This document shows, piece after piece, positions 47,854-58,068 of a stretch of 64,000 bases of DNA. Numbering within the stretch: position 1 is the stretch's first letter; each line of letters starts with the position of its first letter. The notes beneath the pieces were generated by a model. It was not told where the DNA came from. It did not search any database and worked only from the letters and a program-made list of their open reading frames with translations. Made by a program: the position numbers and the translations under genes. Source of the DNA: Verrucomicrobiia bacterium (lineage in GTDB: Bacteria; Verrucomicrobiota; Verrucomicrobiia; JADLBR01; JAIBCM01); NCBI GenBank assembly GCA_041395165.1, contig JAWLBA010000001.1, forward strand, positions 200,068 to 264,067. Direction: 5' to 3'.

Positions 47854-48574
47854 ATGAGATATGGCATTTTTGGGGATATCCACGGAAATTTAGAGGCTTT
47901 AGAAGCCGTTTTGTTTGATATGCAAGATCAAGGCGTAACGCATCCGCTATGCTTGGGGGATATCGTAGGTTATGGTGCGGATCCTGTGGCGTGTATGGAG
48001 TGGGTGCAACAGTTGAATTGCCCGATTGTAAGGGAAATCACGATGAAGAGGCTGCCAATGAAGGGTCGTTGATCATTTTAGCGAGCGGGCGGCTGTCGCG
48101 ATGCAATGGACACGCGAACAGTTATCATCGGAACAACGAAAATTTTTGAAAGAGTTGCGTTATCGTCGTCAGATGGGAGATTTTATTTTAGTGCACGCGT
48201 CTTTGGATTCACCAGGGCAATGGAGTTATATTAATAACGCGTTGGAAGCAGCGGCTAGTTTTAATTATCAAATTGATCCGCTTTGTTTTATTGGTCACAC
48301 GCATGTGCCACAAGTTTTTGTGAAAAATACGGAAATTGATGCGATGGAATTTTCTACGTTTACAGTAGAACCCAAACGCAAATATTTGGTGAATGCGGGC
48401 AGTGTTGGACAGCCGCGCGATGGCGATTGGCGAGCGTCTTATGTGATTTATGACGAGGAAGCGCGCACGGTTGAGTTGCGTCGAGTGCCTTATGATTTGG
48501 CTAAATCTCAAGCAAAAATTATTGCTGTGGGCTTACCAAAAAGTTTGGCGGATCGTTTAGCTGAAGGGAGATAG
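47854..48574 (+). pseudogene. Calcineurin-like metallophosphoesterase (YfcE-like), split by two frameshifts (or sequencing errors)
   Basis: MRYGIFGDIHGNLEAL and CLGDIVGYG in frame A. GNHDEE reads only in the frame of ORF 47949-48149. The remainder (MQWTREQLS...FIGHTHVPQ...GSVGQPRDGD) is in the third frame. Junctions at about 48030-48034 and 48068-48072, each restorable by adding 1 nt. Confidence 0.75.
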
Positions 48575-49548
48575 ATGCGAGTTTTGCTCATTAAACCGAG
48601 CAGTTTTGGTGATGTGATCCATGCGCTCCCAATTGCAGCGGCTTTAGCGCGTCATCCTGGGGTTGAAGCTGTGGATTGGGTGATTAATCGGGAGTATGCG
48701 AGTTTGCTGAAAAATAATCCTTATGTGCGAAGGGTTATTGTTTTTCCTCGTAAGGAATGGGGGGGCGGGACGTTGCGAAATTTTTTATTGCAACTGCGAC
48801 AGGATTCTTACGAGTGGGTGATTGATTTGCAAGGGCTTTTACGCTCGGGTTTTATCGCTGGAGCAGCACGAGGACGCCGCAAAATTGGCATGAGCGATTG
48901 TCGCGAAGGCGCAGGATTTTTCTATCGAGATAAAGCGCCGATTTCCGAAAGCCACGCCATCGCCCGTTATCGTCAAGTGCTTGATTTTTTAGGTGTAGCT
49001 TGTGAAACGTTGGAGTTTCCTTTGCCTGAAGGCGTTGAGGTCATGAAAAATGTTCCAGATTCTTTTATTCTTGTTCATCCGTTTTCGCGTTGGTCAACAA
49101 AGGCATTGCCGAAGGATTTGATTTTGTCTTTAGCTAGGCGATTGGTATCGCAGAAATTAGTTGTTGTGGGTCAAGGTGAACCTTTTGATATTGCTGAAAC
49201 TTTGGATTTAACGAATCAAACGAATTTTGAACAATTACTTGATTTGATGCGACGAGCGCAGGCGGTGATTTCTTCGGATTCCGGTCCGATGCATGTTGCC
49301 GCGGCGCTGGGAAAACCTTTAGTTGCTTTGTTTGGGCCAACAAGCCCGAAAAGACAGGGCCTTGGACGAAGAATTCGCGAGTATTACAACTGGATTTGCC
49401 GTGTATTCCTTGTTTGTCACGAAAGTGCCAGATTGTTGAGACTCAAGCATGCTTACGCCAAGTTTCAGTAGAACAGCTCATGGAAGCTTTGAATCAGGTA
49501 TTTTCAGAAGGTCTAAGCATTGAAAGCTTGTTGGTTAAGGCAACCTAG
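48575..49548 (+). pseudogene. Glycosyltransferase family 9 (LPS heptosyltransferase-like), C-terminal frameshift (or a sequencing error)
   Basis: MRVLLIKPSSFGDVIHALP N-terminus and SDSGPMHVAAALGKPLVALFGPTSP. After about 49345-49349 the family-typical tail (LDLPCIPCLSRKCQ...ACLRQVSVEQL) reads in another frame, ending at TAG 49546-49548. Confidence 0.75.
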
Positions 49549-49563
49549 GATAAAAAGCAAAGT

Positions 49564-50409
49564 ATGAAGTATTGGGTTTGGATTTTTAGTTGTATTGGTT
49601 TCACACTCACGGCACAAAGTCAGGTGCAATTGCAGATCGTGCGACCGCGAGTGAATTATCTTTTGTATGAGCCGATTGTTTTGGAGATCGTGGTCAAAAA
49701 CGAAAGTGGAAAAACTTTAAAGTTTCAGGAACAAGGCGGACAGAGTTGGCTGCGATTTTTAGTGAAACGCTCCAATGGACTGTTGGCACGTCAAGCGCGC
49801 GATTTTTCGTTGCCTCCTTTAATTCTTGAGCCTGGTGATATGGCAAAATTTAAATTCGATTTGGTGCCTTATTACCAAATTCGCGAAATTGACTCTTATG
49901 AAGTTTCAGCTGTTTTACAATCGCCCGATGGTGAGGGCGATTTGATTTCTCCGAAGGTTGTTTTTAGCGTGATTAAAGGGCGAGCGATTTGGTCAGAACA
50001 ACGCGGTATGCCGGGTTCTAATGAGCGTAGAACTTTTAGTCTGATTGCTAATTTGATAGAGGATCGGGTGACGCTGTATGCACAAATAGAGAGTGAAGAT
50101 AATAATTCTGTGTTGATGTGTAAACCGTTGGGTTTTTTGATGTCGGGTCAAGATCCGGAAACTGAGATAGAAGAGGGCAAAAAATGGCATATTTTATTTC
50201 GAACGGGAGCAGAGCAGTTTCGCTATTTTGAATTTGGGGTGGACGGAGAGATGTTACATCAAGAAGATTATGCGAGTATTGAAACGCGACCGCGTTTAGT
50301 CAATGTTGATGGTGTATTTCGTGTGATTGGAGGCGTGAACGCGGAGCAAATGCGCGGGGAAACCTTGTCTGAGGCTCAACCGGCTGCTGTGACTCGTCCT
50401 GGGGGGTGA
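49564..50409 (+). CDS. Hypothetical secreted protein
   Basis: Signal peptide MKYWVWIFSCIGFTLTAQS. 281 aa. No recognised domain. Confidence 0.55.
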   Translation: MKYWVWIFSCIGFTLTAQSQVQLQIVRPRVNYLLYEPIVLEIVVKNESGKTLKFQEQGGQSWLRFLVKRSNGLLARQARDFSLPPLILEPGDMAKFKFDLVPYYQIREIDSYEVSAVLQSPDGEGDLISPKVVFSVIKGRAIWSEQRGMPGSNERRTFSLIANLIEDRVTLYAQIESEDNNSVLMCKPLGFLMSGQDPETEIEEGKKWHILFRTGAEQFRYFEFGVDGEMLHQEDYASIETRPRLVNVDGVFRVIGGVNAEQMRGETLSEAQPAAVTRPGG

Positions 50410-51125
50410 GCTTCATGAAATGCTACACCTCCGAAACAATAAGACCGAACGGAAATACATTCGAATCCAGCCTCTGATAGTTCTTGGCTTAATTCTGATT
50501 TATTAGGAAATTGAGAAATGGATTCGCTTAAATAGCGATAGGCTTCGGCGTCTGCTCCCAATGCATTGGCGAATCGAGGAAGGATTTGGTTGAGATAAAG
50601 AAAATAAAATGGGGCAAGGAGTCGAAAGGGTTGAGAAAATTCTAGGATTAATAATTTTCCAGTGTTTTTCAATACACGTAGAGCTTCTAAGAAAAATTTT
50701 TTTCTATCATCCAAATTTCTTAATCCGAATGCTATGGTGATGACGTCTACAGAATGATCGCGGCATGGCAATTCCATGGCATTGGCTAAGCAAAGATTCG
50801 AAAGGCCTTTCTTTTTAGCTTGTTCTAGCATGGGCTGACTAAAATCTACACCCCAAGCTATACCTCCATAAGGAGTTGAAGCTTCTTGAAGGGCTTGGAG
50901 GACGTCGCCTGTTCCGGTGGCTAAATCTAAAATAATCGCAGGTTTTTCGCGAATAGCGGATCGGACCAAATGTTTTCGCCATCGAACGTCTTGTCCAAAA
51001 CTGAGGAAACGATTAAAAAAATCGTAGCGCGGAGCGATTCTTCCAAACATCGTTTGAATTTGGTTGGGTGTTTGGAGACAGTCCGAAGATTCTTCGGATG
51101 GCAAAGAGGGGGGATTGGGATTCAA
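50376..51125 (-). CDS. ubiE: Demethylmenaquinone / ubiquinone biosynthesis methyltransferase (UbiE/MenG)
   Basis: MFGRIAPRYDFFNRFLSFGQDVRWRK family motif and SAM-binding ILDLATGTGDV. Confidence 0.88.
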   Translation of the reverse strand: MNPNPPSLPSEESSDCLQTPNQIQTMFGRIAPRYDFFNRFLSFGQDVRWRKHLVRSAIREKPAIILDLATGTGDVLQALQEASTPYGGIAWGVDFSQPMLEQAKKKGLSNLCLANAMELPCRDHSVDVITIAFGLRNLDDRKKFFLEALRVLKNTGKLLILEFSQPFRLLAPFYFLYLNQILPRFANALGADAEAYRYLSESISQFPNKSELSQELSEAGFECISVRSYCFGGVAFHEAHPPGRVTAAG

Positions 51126-52525
51126 GAAGATTTTTGATAGAAATTTTCTACTCGTTGCGCGACGTCGCGATAACCATAATCCACTTCGTAGATTTGTTTG
51201 AAAGCTTCGATTGATTTTTCTGGTTGCTTCATTTCTTCGTAGATTAAGCCGAGATGATAAAGAATATTTTTCTTCATATCGTCCATGCTCAGAACTTCTG
51301 AAGACGCTTCCTCCAAACGCTTTGCTGCGATATCGAGTTGTCCTTTGGTTTTAAAACAAAGACTTAATAAAAACATGGCGTTTAAACGTGCATTAGGTTG
51401 GCGCAATGCGGCTTGAAGTTCAGGAATAGCGCCTCCCACATCGCCCGCGTGATAAAGCGCTTCGCCCAGTTCAAATCGGAATTGAAGATCGTTAGGATAT
51501 TTCACAACGCGATTACGTGCCTCCTGCAACACCAAATCAGCTCGTTGTTTTTCACAGGTTTCCAAAGTGGTTTGATGCGTTTTGATTTCGGGATCATTCG
51601 GATTAGCGGCAACAAACGTTTTCCATTGCTGAATTAAATCATCATATTGTTTTAAACGCACTTCATACATGATTTTTTCTAACCCCGGATCGGTTTTACC
51701 TGAAATATCATAAGCATATTGATAGTAGGCGAGAGCGTTGGTGTAATCATTTTTTTGGCGATAAAGATCAGCAATACGACGGGCGTGGAGAATGTTTTTG
51801 GGTTCCGCTTGGTGTTTGGCGTAATGTTCTGCAATCAACTGGTCGATGGCTTCTTCCGATTTCGTAATTTTGCTTTCTTGCTCCAATTTCAACGCTGTGT
51901 CTTTGTCCGCCAAGACATCTCGATAGGAGCCCGCGCTAGCCCAGCCTTTTTGTAAGGTTCCAATGGCTTCTGCATTTTTTAAATTGCTCAGAGCTTCTCC
52001 ATCATTGGGTTTGATATTTAAAATGGCGGCATACACATCTCGCGCTTTGGGATTTTTCGATTCCAAATAAAGTCGTCCTAAAGCATGAAGATTTTTAATA
52101 TCCTGAGGATTGGCGCGCTGTAAGGTTTCATGAGCCAAACAAGCCACTTCGGACATGTCCATGGTTTTGGCGATTTGGCTGAGAAGTTCATTGGCCTGTT
52201 TATTAAAAGGGTCGGTAGATAAAACCTGTTCCACAGCTGCTAGGGCTTCTTCCGGATTTTTTTTGGCAGCAGATTGCGCCTTTAATAACTGAGGCGCTGC
52301 AGCAACCGAACCCAATCCCATAAAGCTACCTTTTCCGCTACCATGTTTTTTAATGCTGATATCTCGAAGCAGCTGTCGTCCGGCCAAATAGCGTGGCGCC
52401 TCTTTGACAAGTTGTAGCAACAACGTAATCGCATACTCCAGATTATTGCGTTCGTGCGCAACACGAGCGCGTTTCAAAGTTTCTAACTGACCTGCATTAA
52501 GTTCGGTTTCTTGGACAACTGCCAT
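51122..52525 (-). CDS. TPR repeat protein
   Basis: Multiple TPR units throughout. Start moved to the ATG at 52525 to remove the overlap with the divergent ridA. Confidence 0.7.
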   Translation of the reverse strand: MAVVQETELNAGQLETLKRARVAHERNNLEYAITLLLQLVKEAPRYLAGRQLLRDISIKKHGSGKGSFMGLGSVAAAPQLLKAQSAAKKNPEEALAAVEQVLSTDPFNKQANELLSQIAKTMDMSEVACLAHETLQRANPQDIKNLHALGRLYLESKNPKARDVYAAILNIKPNDGEALSNLKNAEAIGTLQKGWASAGSYRDVLADKDTALKLEQESKITKSEEAIDQLIAEHYAKHQAEPKNILHARRIADLYRQKNDYTNALAYYQYAYDISGKTDPGLEKIMYEVRLKQYDDLIQQWKTFVAANPNDPEIKTHQTTLETCEKQRADLVLQEARNRVVKYPNDLQFRFELGEALYHAGDVGGAIPELQAALRQPNARLNAMFLLSLCFKTKGQLDIAAKRLEEASSEVLSMDDMKKNILYHLGLIYEEMKQPEKSIEAFKQIYEVDYGYRDVAQRVENFYQKSS

Positions 52526-52615
52526 AATAATATATTTTGTTTTGATTTTTTCCGTGGTCAATACCTTTTCGACATGAAGATTGACTTGTTCCTTGAAATG
52601 TTTACAGCGAAATAG

Positions 52616-52999
52616 ATGGGCAAGCAAATCATTGTTTCAGATAAAGTCATGCCTGCCGTAGGGCCTTATTCTCAAGGCGTGGCATGGGATAAACTCATTT
52701 TTTTAGCCGGACAAATCCCCGTAAGCAAAGAAACGGGAAAATTAGTGGAGGGCGATATTCGGACGCAAACGCGTCAAGTTTTAGAAAACATCACCTCTTT
52801 GCTTCAAAGCGCCGGCTCTTCGACGGAGCGCGTTTTAAAAGCTACGGTTTTTTTAACTGATCTCGCTCAATTCGCTGCCATGAACGAAGTGTATCGGGAT
52901 TATTTTTCCAAAGAACCGCCTGCCCGTTCTACTATTCAAGTGGTTGCTTTGCCTTTAGGCGCTCAAGTGGAAATTGAAGTCATCGCTTATCGAGATTGA
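52616..52999 (+). CDS. ridA: RidA (YjgF/UK114) family reactive-intermediate deaminase
   Basis: AVGPYSQGV, TQTRQVLENI and ARSTIQVVALPLGAQVEIEVIA are family typical. Confidence 0.9.
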   Translation: MGKQIIVSDKVMPAVGPYSQGVAWDKLIFLAGQIPVSKETGKLVEGDIRTQTRQVLENITSLLQSAGSSTERVLKATVFLTDLAQFAAMNEVYRDYFSKEPPARSTIQVVALPLGAQVEIEVIAYRD

Positions 53000-54087
53000 A
53001 GTTTTTCCCATAAAAATTCAGCAATATCAAGTGACGCTCGAGGTCGGCTTAAACGACTAATGTTTTGACGCAGCTCTTGCCAGCGTTGAGCATGATTGGC
53101 GAATATTTCATTTACCCACTTGCTAATGGCTTCGGGTTGAGTTGCAAAATGGCCTGCATCATAACGTCGTAATAGCTCAAAATTGCCTTCCTCCTGTCCC
53201 GGCACTACTTGGTTGACAATCATGGGACATTGCGCCGCGATAGCCTCTTGAGTTGTTGCCCCACCTGCTTTGCTTAGGACGACATGGTGGGTTCGCAACA
53301 AACGCGGAATTTCTGGTGTCCAACCTAAAATTTGGCAACGATTGTCGTGGTCTTCACAAAGTTTTTGTAGTGATCGAAATAGAGATAAATGCCTGCCACA
53401 GGTAATCGTCATTTCTAAATCGTCATGTTCTAGTAATTTTTGAACAACCCGCAATGCTTGGCGGTGACGAGAGTTAATCATGAAAAGTAACCGTTTTTTG
53501 TTCGAAGGAGGTTCAAGATTTTGTAATTGTGAAAAAAACAGTGAGACTGGAAAACCCAATGCTTGTAGCGACTCGATTTTTATACCGCGCCGTTGTAATA
53601 AATCAGCTGTGATAGAATTCGGCACAAAAAAATAATCGCAAGGTGCTTGATGCCAGATGGAATTAACCGTAATGGAATCGGTCACAATGGTAACATTCAA
53701 AAAAGGAAATGGTTTTGAATCCCAACAATCCCGCAAGAGTATGGGATAAGTGGGATAAACCGAGATAATCAAGTCTGGCTTTATGGTATCTAAAATTTTT
53801 TTAAAGGCGCGGCGCATAATTCCCGGGGAGGCCATAAAATTTTGCAAAGAGGAAGAGCGATCTAGCCAATGATATAAAACATCCCAAACTTGGGGCAAAT
53901 CATTCACGATAGATAGATAGGCGTTTCTTGTTATGTCATTTAAAAATCCGTAGCAGCTCGCAAACAAGTCGTGCACGATAACTTGAGCTTGATTCGGATA
54001 GAGATGTTCAAAAGCCGCTTGCAAATTGCGCGCTGCAGCATTGTGTCCTTCGCCAAACGCAGCGGTTAAAATTAAAATGCGTTTCAC
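52987..54087 (-). CDS. MGDG-synthase-like / GT28 family glycosyltransferase (diacylglycerol glycosyltransferase-like)
   Basis: MKRILILTAAFGEGHNAAARNL N-terminal motif and the C-terminal GT-B region (SKAGGATTQEAIA). Confidence 0.7.
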   Translation of the reverse strand: MKRILILTAAFGEGHNAAARNLQAAFEHLYPNQAQVIVHDLFASCYGFLNDITRNAYLSIVNDLPQVWDVLYHWLDRSSSLQNFMASPGIMRRAFKKILDTIKPDLIISVYPTYPILLRDCWDSKPFPFLNVTIVTDSITVNSIWHQAPCDYFFVPNSITADLLQRRGIKIESLQALGFPVSLFFSQLQNLEPPSNKKRLLFMINSRHRQALRVVQKLLEHDDLEMTITCGRHLSLFRSLQKLCEDHDNRCQILGWTPEIPRLLRTHHVVLSKAGGATTQEAIAAQCPMIVNQVVPGQEEGNFELLRRYDAGHFATQPEAISKWVNEIFANHAQRWQELRQNISRLSRPRASLDIAEFLWEKLQSR

Positions 54088-54101
54088 AATGTTATTTTGC
54101 T

Positions 54102-55769
54102 TTAAGATTTCAGCAATGTTTCTGCCAAAGCGCGTGATGAGGCATGGCTGCCACCTAACATGCGAGCAAGTTCTTCGATCCGCTCTTTATCATTTAAGAT
54201 TTGCAGTTCTGTAACGGTTCGTTGTTGGCGAGTTTGCTTAGAAATCGCAATATGTTGATCGCCTAGCGCTGCGACCTGAGGGAGGTGGGTAATGCAAAAA
54301 ATTTGGTGATGCGCGCTCAGTATTTTTAGTTTTTGTCCCACGCGTGTGCCAATTTCTCCACCCACATTGGCATCCACTTCATCGAAAATTAACAGCGGTA
54401 CTTGATCTTGTTCCGCTAATGAGGTTTTAATCGCCAACATCACCCGTGCCATTTCTCCGCTTGAAGCGATTGTGCGCAAGGGTTTTGCGCCCTCTCCAAT
54501 GTTGGGAGCAAATAAAAATTCTATAGCATCCAAACCGTGTGAAGCAGGATGATCAGCGGGTGTGGAGGTGACTGTAAAAAGCGCTTTTTTGAAACCAAGC
54601 TCTTGCAACTGTTTGGTAATAGCTTGACTCAATTTCTCTGCCGCTTTTTTGCGAGCTTGACTAAGTTTTTTAGCTGAAGCGCGATAGGCAGCTTCTGTTT
54701 CATCCACTTGTTTTTTAGATTTCTCCAAAATTTCATCCCGTTGTGTGACACGATTCAAACGTTCGCGCCCCTCTCGAGCGCGGGTCAACACTTCGATTAA
54801 ACTCCCACCATATTTTCGTTTTAGAGATTGAATTAAATTGTAGCGCGATTCCATTTCTGCTGCTTGTTGAGGATCTAAATCTAATCGATCTTGATAAGAA
54901 CTCAACTCGCGTGCCCATTCTTGCAAAGCGCTTTGAGCAGTGTGAGCGTAATCTTGAAGATTCTGAGTTTCGCCATCCAACGCTATCAACTGTGAAAGCA
55001 ATCGCTCAGCTTGGCCGAGTTGATTGATCGCGCTATTTTCGTTTTCATCTAAAATAATTTGCAGTTGTTGCGTGAGTTCTAATAGTTTTTGAAAATTATG
55101 AATGCGATCCATTTGTGGAGCCAAAATTTCTTCCTCATTTTCTTGCAAGTGCGCTTTTTCGATTTCTTCCACTTGAAAAGTTAAAAGAGAGATTTCTTGA
55201 TCCGAAGTTTGTATTTCTTGTTTTAATTGTTCATAAGTTTTCACAGCATCACTCCAGCACTGCCAAGTTTGCTGGGTGCTAGAGGTAAGTGAATTCAAAT
55301 GCCCGTAGGCATCTAGCAATTCGCGTTGTGTATCGTTGGAAAGTAGAGATTGATGATCGTGTGGGCCATGCATGTCAGCGAGATGATCGCCGATTTGTTT
55401 TAATAATTGTAATGAAACAGCCGAATGATTGATAAATTGGCGATTTTGGCCATTGGCTAGAAGCGAGCGTTTCATGGTTAAAACTCCTTCTTCGCAAAGT
55501 TCAACTCCGGATTTTTCCAGTAAACGATTAATCGTTTCCAATAAATCGGGATTGGTAGTGAGATCCCAAACCGCTTCCACCGTGGCTGATTCCGTGCCAG
55601 AACGAATTAATGTTTTATCAGCGCGTTCGCCAAGCACGAGTGAAATGGCATCAATCACAATCGATTTGCCAGCGCCTGTTTCGCCTGTCAAAGCGGTAAA
55701 GCCCATAGGAACTTCCCACAGAATCGATTCGATCAAAGCCAGATTTTTAATGTGCAAGGTTTGCAGCAT
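54102..55769 (-). CDS. recN: DNA repair protein RecN
   Basis: MLQTLHIKNLALIE start, Walker A GETGAGKS, long coiled coil, signature SSGEMARVMLAIK, Walker B LLIFDEVD. Start moved from 55844 to the ATG at 55769. Confidence 0.9.
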   Translation of the reverse strand: MLQTLHIKNLALIESILWEVPMGFTALTGETGAGKSIVIDAISLVLGERADKTLIRSGTESATVEAVWDLTTNPDLLETINRLLEKSGVELCEEGVLTMKRSLLANGQNRQFINHSAVSLQLLKQIGDHLADMHGPHDHQSLLSNDTQRELLDAYGHLNSLTSSTQQTWQCWSDAVKTYEQLKQEIQTSDQEISLLTFQVEEIEKAHLQENEEEILAPQMDRIHNFQKLLELTQQLQIILDENENSAINQLGQAERLLSQLIALDGETQNLQDYAHTAQSALQEWARELSSYQDRLDLDPQQAAEMESRYNLIQSLKRKYGGSLIEVLTRAREGRERLNRVTQRDEILEKSKKQVDETEAAYRASAKKLSQARKKAAEKLSQAITKQLQELGFKKALFTVTSTPADHPASHGLDAIEFLFAPNIGEGAKPLRTIASSGEMARVMLAIKTSLAEQDQVPLLIFDEVDANVGGEIGTRVGQKLKILSAHHQIFCITHLPQVAALGDQHIAISKQTRQQRTVTELQILNDKERIEELARMLGGSHASSRALAETLLKS

Positions 55770-55887
55770 GACGGTTAGCTTGGTTTTAACAGAAGCGTGG
55801 AAATTTTTCCACTTTTCACTTTCAGAATAGTAATTAATTATCATTCTCGGGCTTGACCCGGGAATCTAGTCTTCTTTTAATCATAGC

Positions 55888-56664
55888 ATGAAGCTAACGT
55901 TTCTTGGCACAGGCACTTCTCAGGGCGTTCCAATGATTGGATGCGATTGTCCCGTTTGCATCTCAAACGATCCCTGCGATAAACGCACGCGTTCTTCCAT
56001 TTATTTGGAAACGGCGCAAGGTTGCGTATTGGTCGATACGACGCCTGATTTACGTCAACAGCTTTTGCGAGAGAAAATTAATCGAGTCGATGCGGTAGTT
56101 TACACGCATGCTCATGCTGATCATATTTTGGGCATGGACGATCTTCGCCGTTTTTGCGAAATGGAAAATCGTGCAATGCCATTGTATGGTAGTTCCGAAG
56201 CTTTAGAAACGTTGAGTCGCGTTTTCTTTTACGCATTCAATGGAGAAAATCGCTTTAAAGGTTACGTGCATCCCGAACCGCATACGGTTCAAGGCCCGTT
56301 TGAATTGTGTGGCTTAACATGGAATCCGTTGGAGGTGCCGCATGGCAAGGTTCGCACTTGGGGATATCGCATAGATTATCATGGTGTGCCAAAATTGGCT
56401 TATTTTAGTGATTGCAAATTTCTCCCAGAATCGGTGATTTCCCAAGTTCGACAAATTCCTTATTTAATTTTGGATGGATTGCGTTTTAAATCGCATCCGA
56501 CTCATTTAAGTTTGCCGGAAGCAATTGAAACGGCACATGAAGTGAGTGCTCATGCTACTTATTTTACTCATTTGGCTCACGCTATTTCTCACGCAGAAGT
56601 GGGAGAAACTTTGCCGCCAAAAATGTTTTTAGCTTATGATGGATTGAAACTGGAAATTTCCTAA
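55888..56664 (+). CDS. MBL-fold metallo-hydrolase (PhnP-like)
   Basis: HTHAHADH metal motif. N-terminal Cys cluster CDCPVC is typical of PhnP-like members. Confidence 0.78.
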   Translation: MKLTFLGTGTSQGVPMIGCDCPVCISNDPCDKRTRSSIYLETAQGCVLVDTTPDLRQQLLREKINRVDAVVYTHAHADHILGMDDLRRFCEMENRAMPLYGSSEALETLSRVFFYAFNGENRFKGYVHPEPHTVQGPFELCGLTWNPLEVPHGKVRTWGYRIDYHGVPKLAYFSDCKFLPESVISQVRQIPYLILDGLRFKSHPTHLSLPEAIETAHEVSAHATYFTHLAHAISHAEVGETLPPKMFLAYDGLKLEIS

Positions 56665-56665
56665 T

Positions 56666-57253
56666 ATGGCTCATTTAATTGGACTCACAGGCGGATTAGG
56701 ATGCGGCAAAAGCACGGCAGCCAAGTTGTTGAGTGAAATGGGTTGGCGTGTGATCGACACCGATGAAATTGCTCGTGAAATTGTCATGCCAGGAAAACCG
56801 GCCTGGGAAAAGATGAGAAAACTGTTTGGTCTGGATTATTTTTATAAGGATGGAACGGTGAATCGCGCCAAACTTGCTGAAACGGTATTTCATGATGCGA
56901 AGCGGTTGTCGGAGCTTAATGCTATTTTGCATCCCATTATTCGCGAAGAATGGAAAAGACAATCAGAAAAATTGTTAGCGCAAGGCCAGAATGTGCTAGT
57001 GGTGATTCCTTTGCTTTATGAAACTGGTGCGGAAACGGAATTTGAAAAAGTTGTTGCGATTGGCTGTTCCGAAAGTGTGATTCGATCTCGTATTGGTGTG
57101 CGTGGCTGGAGTGAAGAGCAGATCACGGCGCGGTTGAACGCTCAATGGGCACTTGAGAAAAAAATGCAAAAAGCTGATATTGTGATTTGGAATGATGGGG
57201 ATACTGAATTATTGAAAAAACAGCTTTTCGCAGCAACAAAGAAATTTCAGTAA
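56666..57253 (+). CDS. coaE: Dephospho-CoA kinase
   Basis: P-loop GLTGGLGCGKST, 195 aa, typical CoaE length and layout. Confidence 0.9.
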   Translation: MAHLIGLTGGLGCGKSTAAKLLSEMGWRVIDTDEIAREIVMPGKPAWEKMRKLFGLDYFYKDGTVNRAKLAETVFHDAKRLSELNAILHPIIREEWKRQSEKLLAQGQNVLVVIPLLYETGAETEFEKVVAIGCSESVIRSRIGVRGWSEEQITARLNAQWALEKKMQKADIVIWNDGDTELLKKQLFAATKKFQ

Positions 57254-57268
57254 AAAGTCTTCAAGAGC

Positions 57269-57475
57269 CTATTCATAAGTGGATTCTGTTTGAATGTGCC
57301 CATTGGCTTTTTTAATGATGAGTCGGCTATGGCCCAAATCACGAGCAGTTTGTCGCGCGACAGATATGACTTTTGCTTTGTTGTTGTTGACAATAACAAA
57401 CTTCCCGTTTTCTCGTATTTTTGCCTGCCAACCCCCTCCCTTGCTGGGTTTGACTTCAATGACTGACCTTTTCAT
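57269..57475 (-). CDS. DUF2188-like small protein
   Basis: 68 aa. GGGWQAKIRENGKFVIVNNNKAKVISVARQTA resembles the DUF2188 pattern. Call made from memory of the family. Confidence 0.55.
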   Translation of the reverse strand: MKRSVIEVKPSKGGGWQAKIRENGKFVIVNNNKAKVISVARQTARDLGHSRLIIKKANGHIQTESTYE

Positions 57476-57576
57476 AATTATAAAATAAAAAGCGTCAACC
57501 TTTCGTCAATATCGGCATATCAAAATAGAGGTTTGCTTAAGTGAGTTTCCTTATCTATTTTTAATCATATCATAAA

Positions 57577-57651
57577 CGGGCTGTAGCGTAGCTTGGCTAG
57601 CGCGCGTGGTTCGGGTCCACGAGGTCGTGAGTTCAAATCTCACCAGCCCGA
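57577..57651 (+). tRNA. tRNA-Pro (CGG)
   Basis: Hand-folded cloverleaf: acceptor cgggctg/cagcccg, anticodon arm cgtgg-ttCGGgt-ccacg, T arm gtgag-ttcaaat-ctcac, discriminator A. No encoded CCA. Confidence 0.88.
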
Positions 57652-57700
57652 TCTGATGACACGCAAAAACATCCATTAGAAAAATTTTCAAAAAAACTTG

Positions 57701-57744
57701 CGTAGTTAAATGGCTACATATATATTTGTAGTTAAATAACTACA
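57701..57744 (+). promoter_or_regulatory. Two tandem ArsR/SmtB-type operator-like palindromes directly upstream of the ArsR gene
   Basis: Perfect 7-4-7 inverted repeat tgtagtt-aaat-aactaca at 57727-57744, ending 2 nt before the ATG at 57747. An imperfect copy cgtagtt-aaat-ggctaca lies at 57701-57718, 26 nt upstream. Confidence 0.45.
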
Positions 57745-57746
57745 CA

Positions 57747-58067
57747 ATGAACTTAAGACGAGACGTATTTCAAGCCATCGCAGACCCGACAAGAAGGGCG
57801 ATACTTCTGTTGGTTGCTTCGCAATCCATGACCGCTGGAGCTATTGCGGCAAACTTTGACACAGCGAGGCCGACTGTTTCAAAACATTTGCAAATTCTCA
57901 CCGAGTGCCAATTACTAAAACAAGAGCAAAGTGGTCGGGAAATTTACTATCATTTTAATGCTAAAAAAATGAAAGAGGTGGCCAACTTTATTGAGCCATT
58001 CCGCAAGATGTGGGAGGATCGTTTTAATAAATTAGAAACAGTCATGAAAAAATATCAAAACAAATAA
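57747..58067 (+). CDS. ArsR/SmtB family transcriptional regulator
   Basis: [16 protein letters not shown] and the wHTH segment [22 protein letters not shown]. Confidence 0.88.
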   Translation: MNLRRDVFQAIADPTRRAILLLVASQSMTAGAIAANFDTARPTVSKHLQILTECQLLKQEQSGREIYYHFNAKKMKEVANFIEPFRKMWEDRFNKLETVMKKYQNK

Positions 58068-58068
58068 T

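Noticed and set aside
30452-49548. Stop-codon reassignment or recoding (for example TGA read as an amino acid) as the explanation for the broken genes.
   Set aside because: The interruptions are frame changes, with the downstream sequence continuing in a different frame, rather than in-frame TGA codons. The stops used by intact genes include TGA, TAA and TAG.
50376-50409. 34-nt convergent overlap between the hypothetical secreted protein gene and ubiE.
   Set aside because: Short 3'-3' overlaps are common. The UbiE tail beyond ...GGVAFHEAH is unconserved, and there is nothing structural in the overlap.
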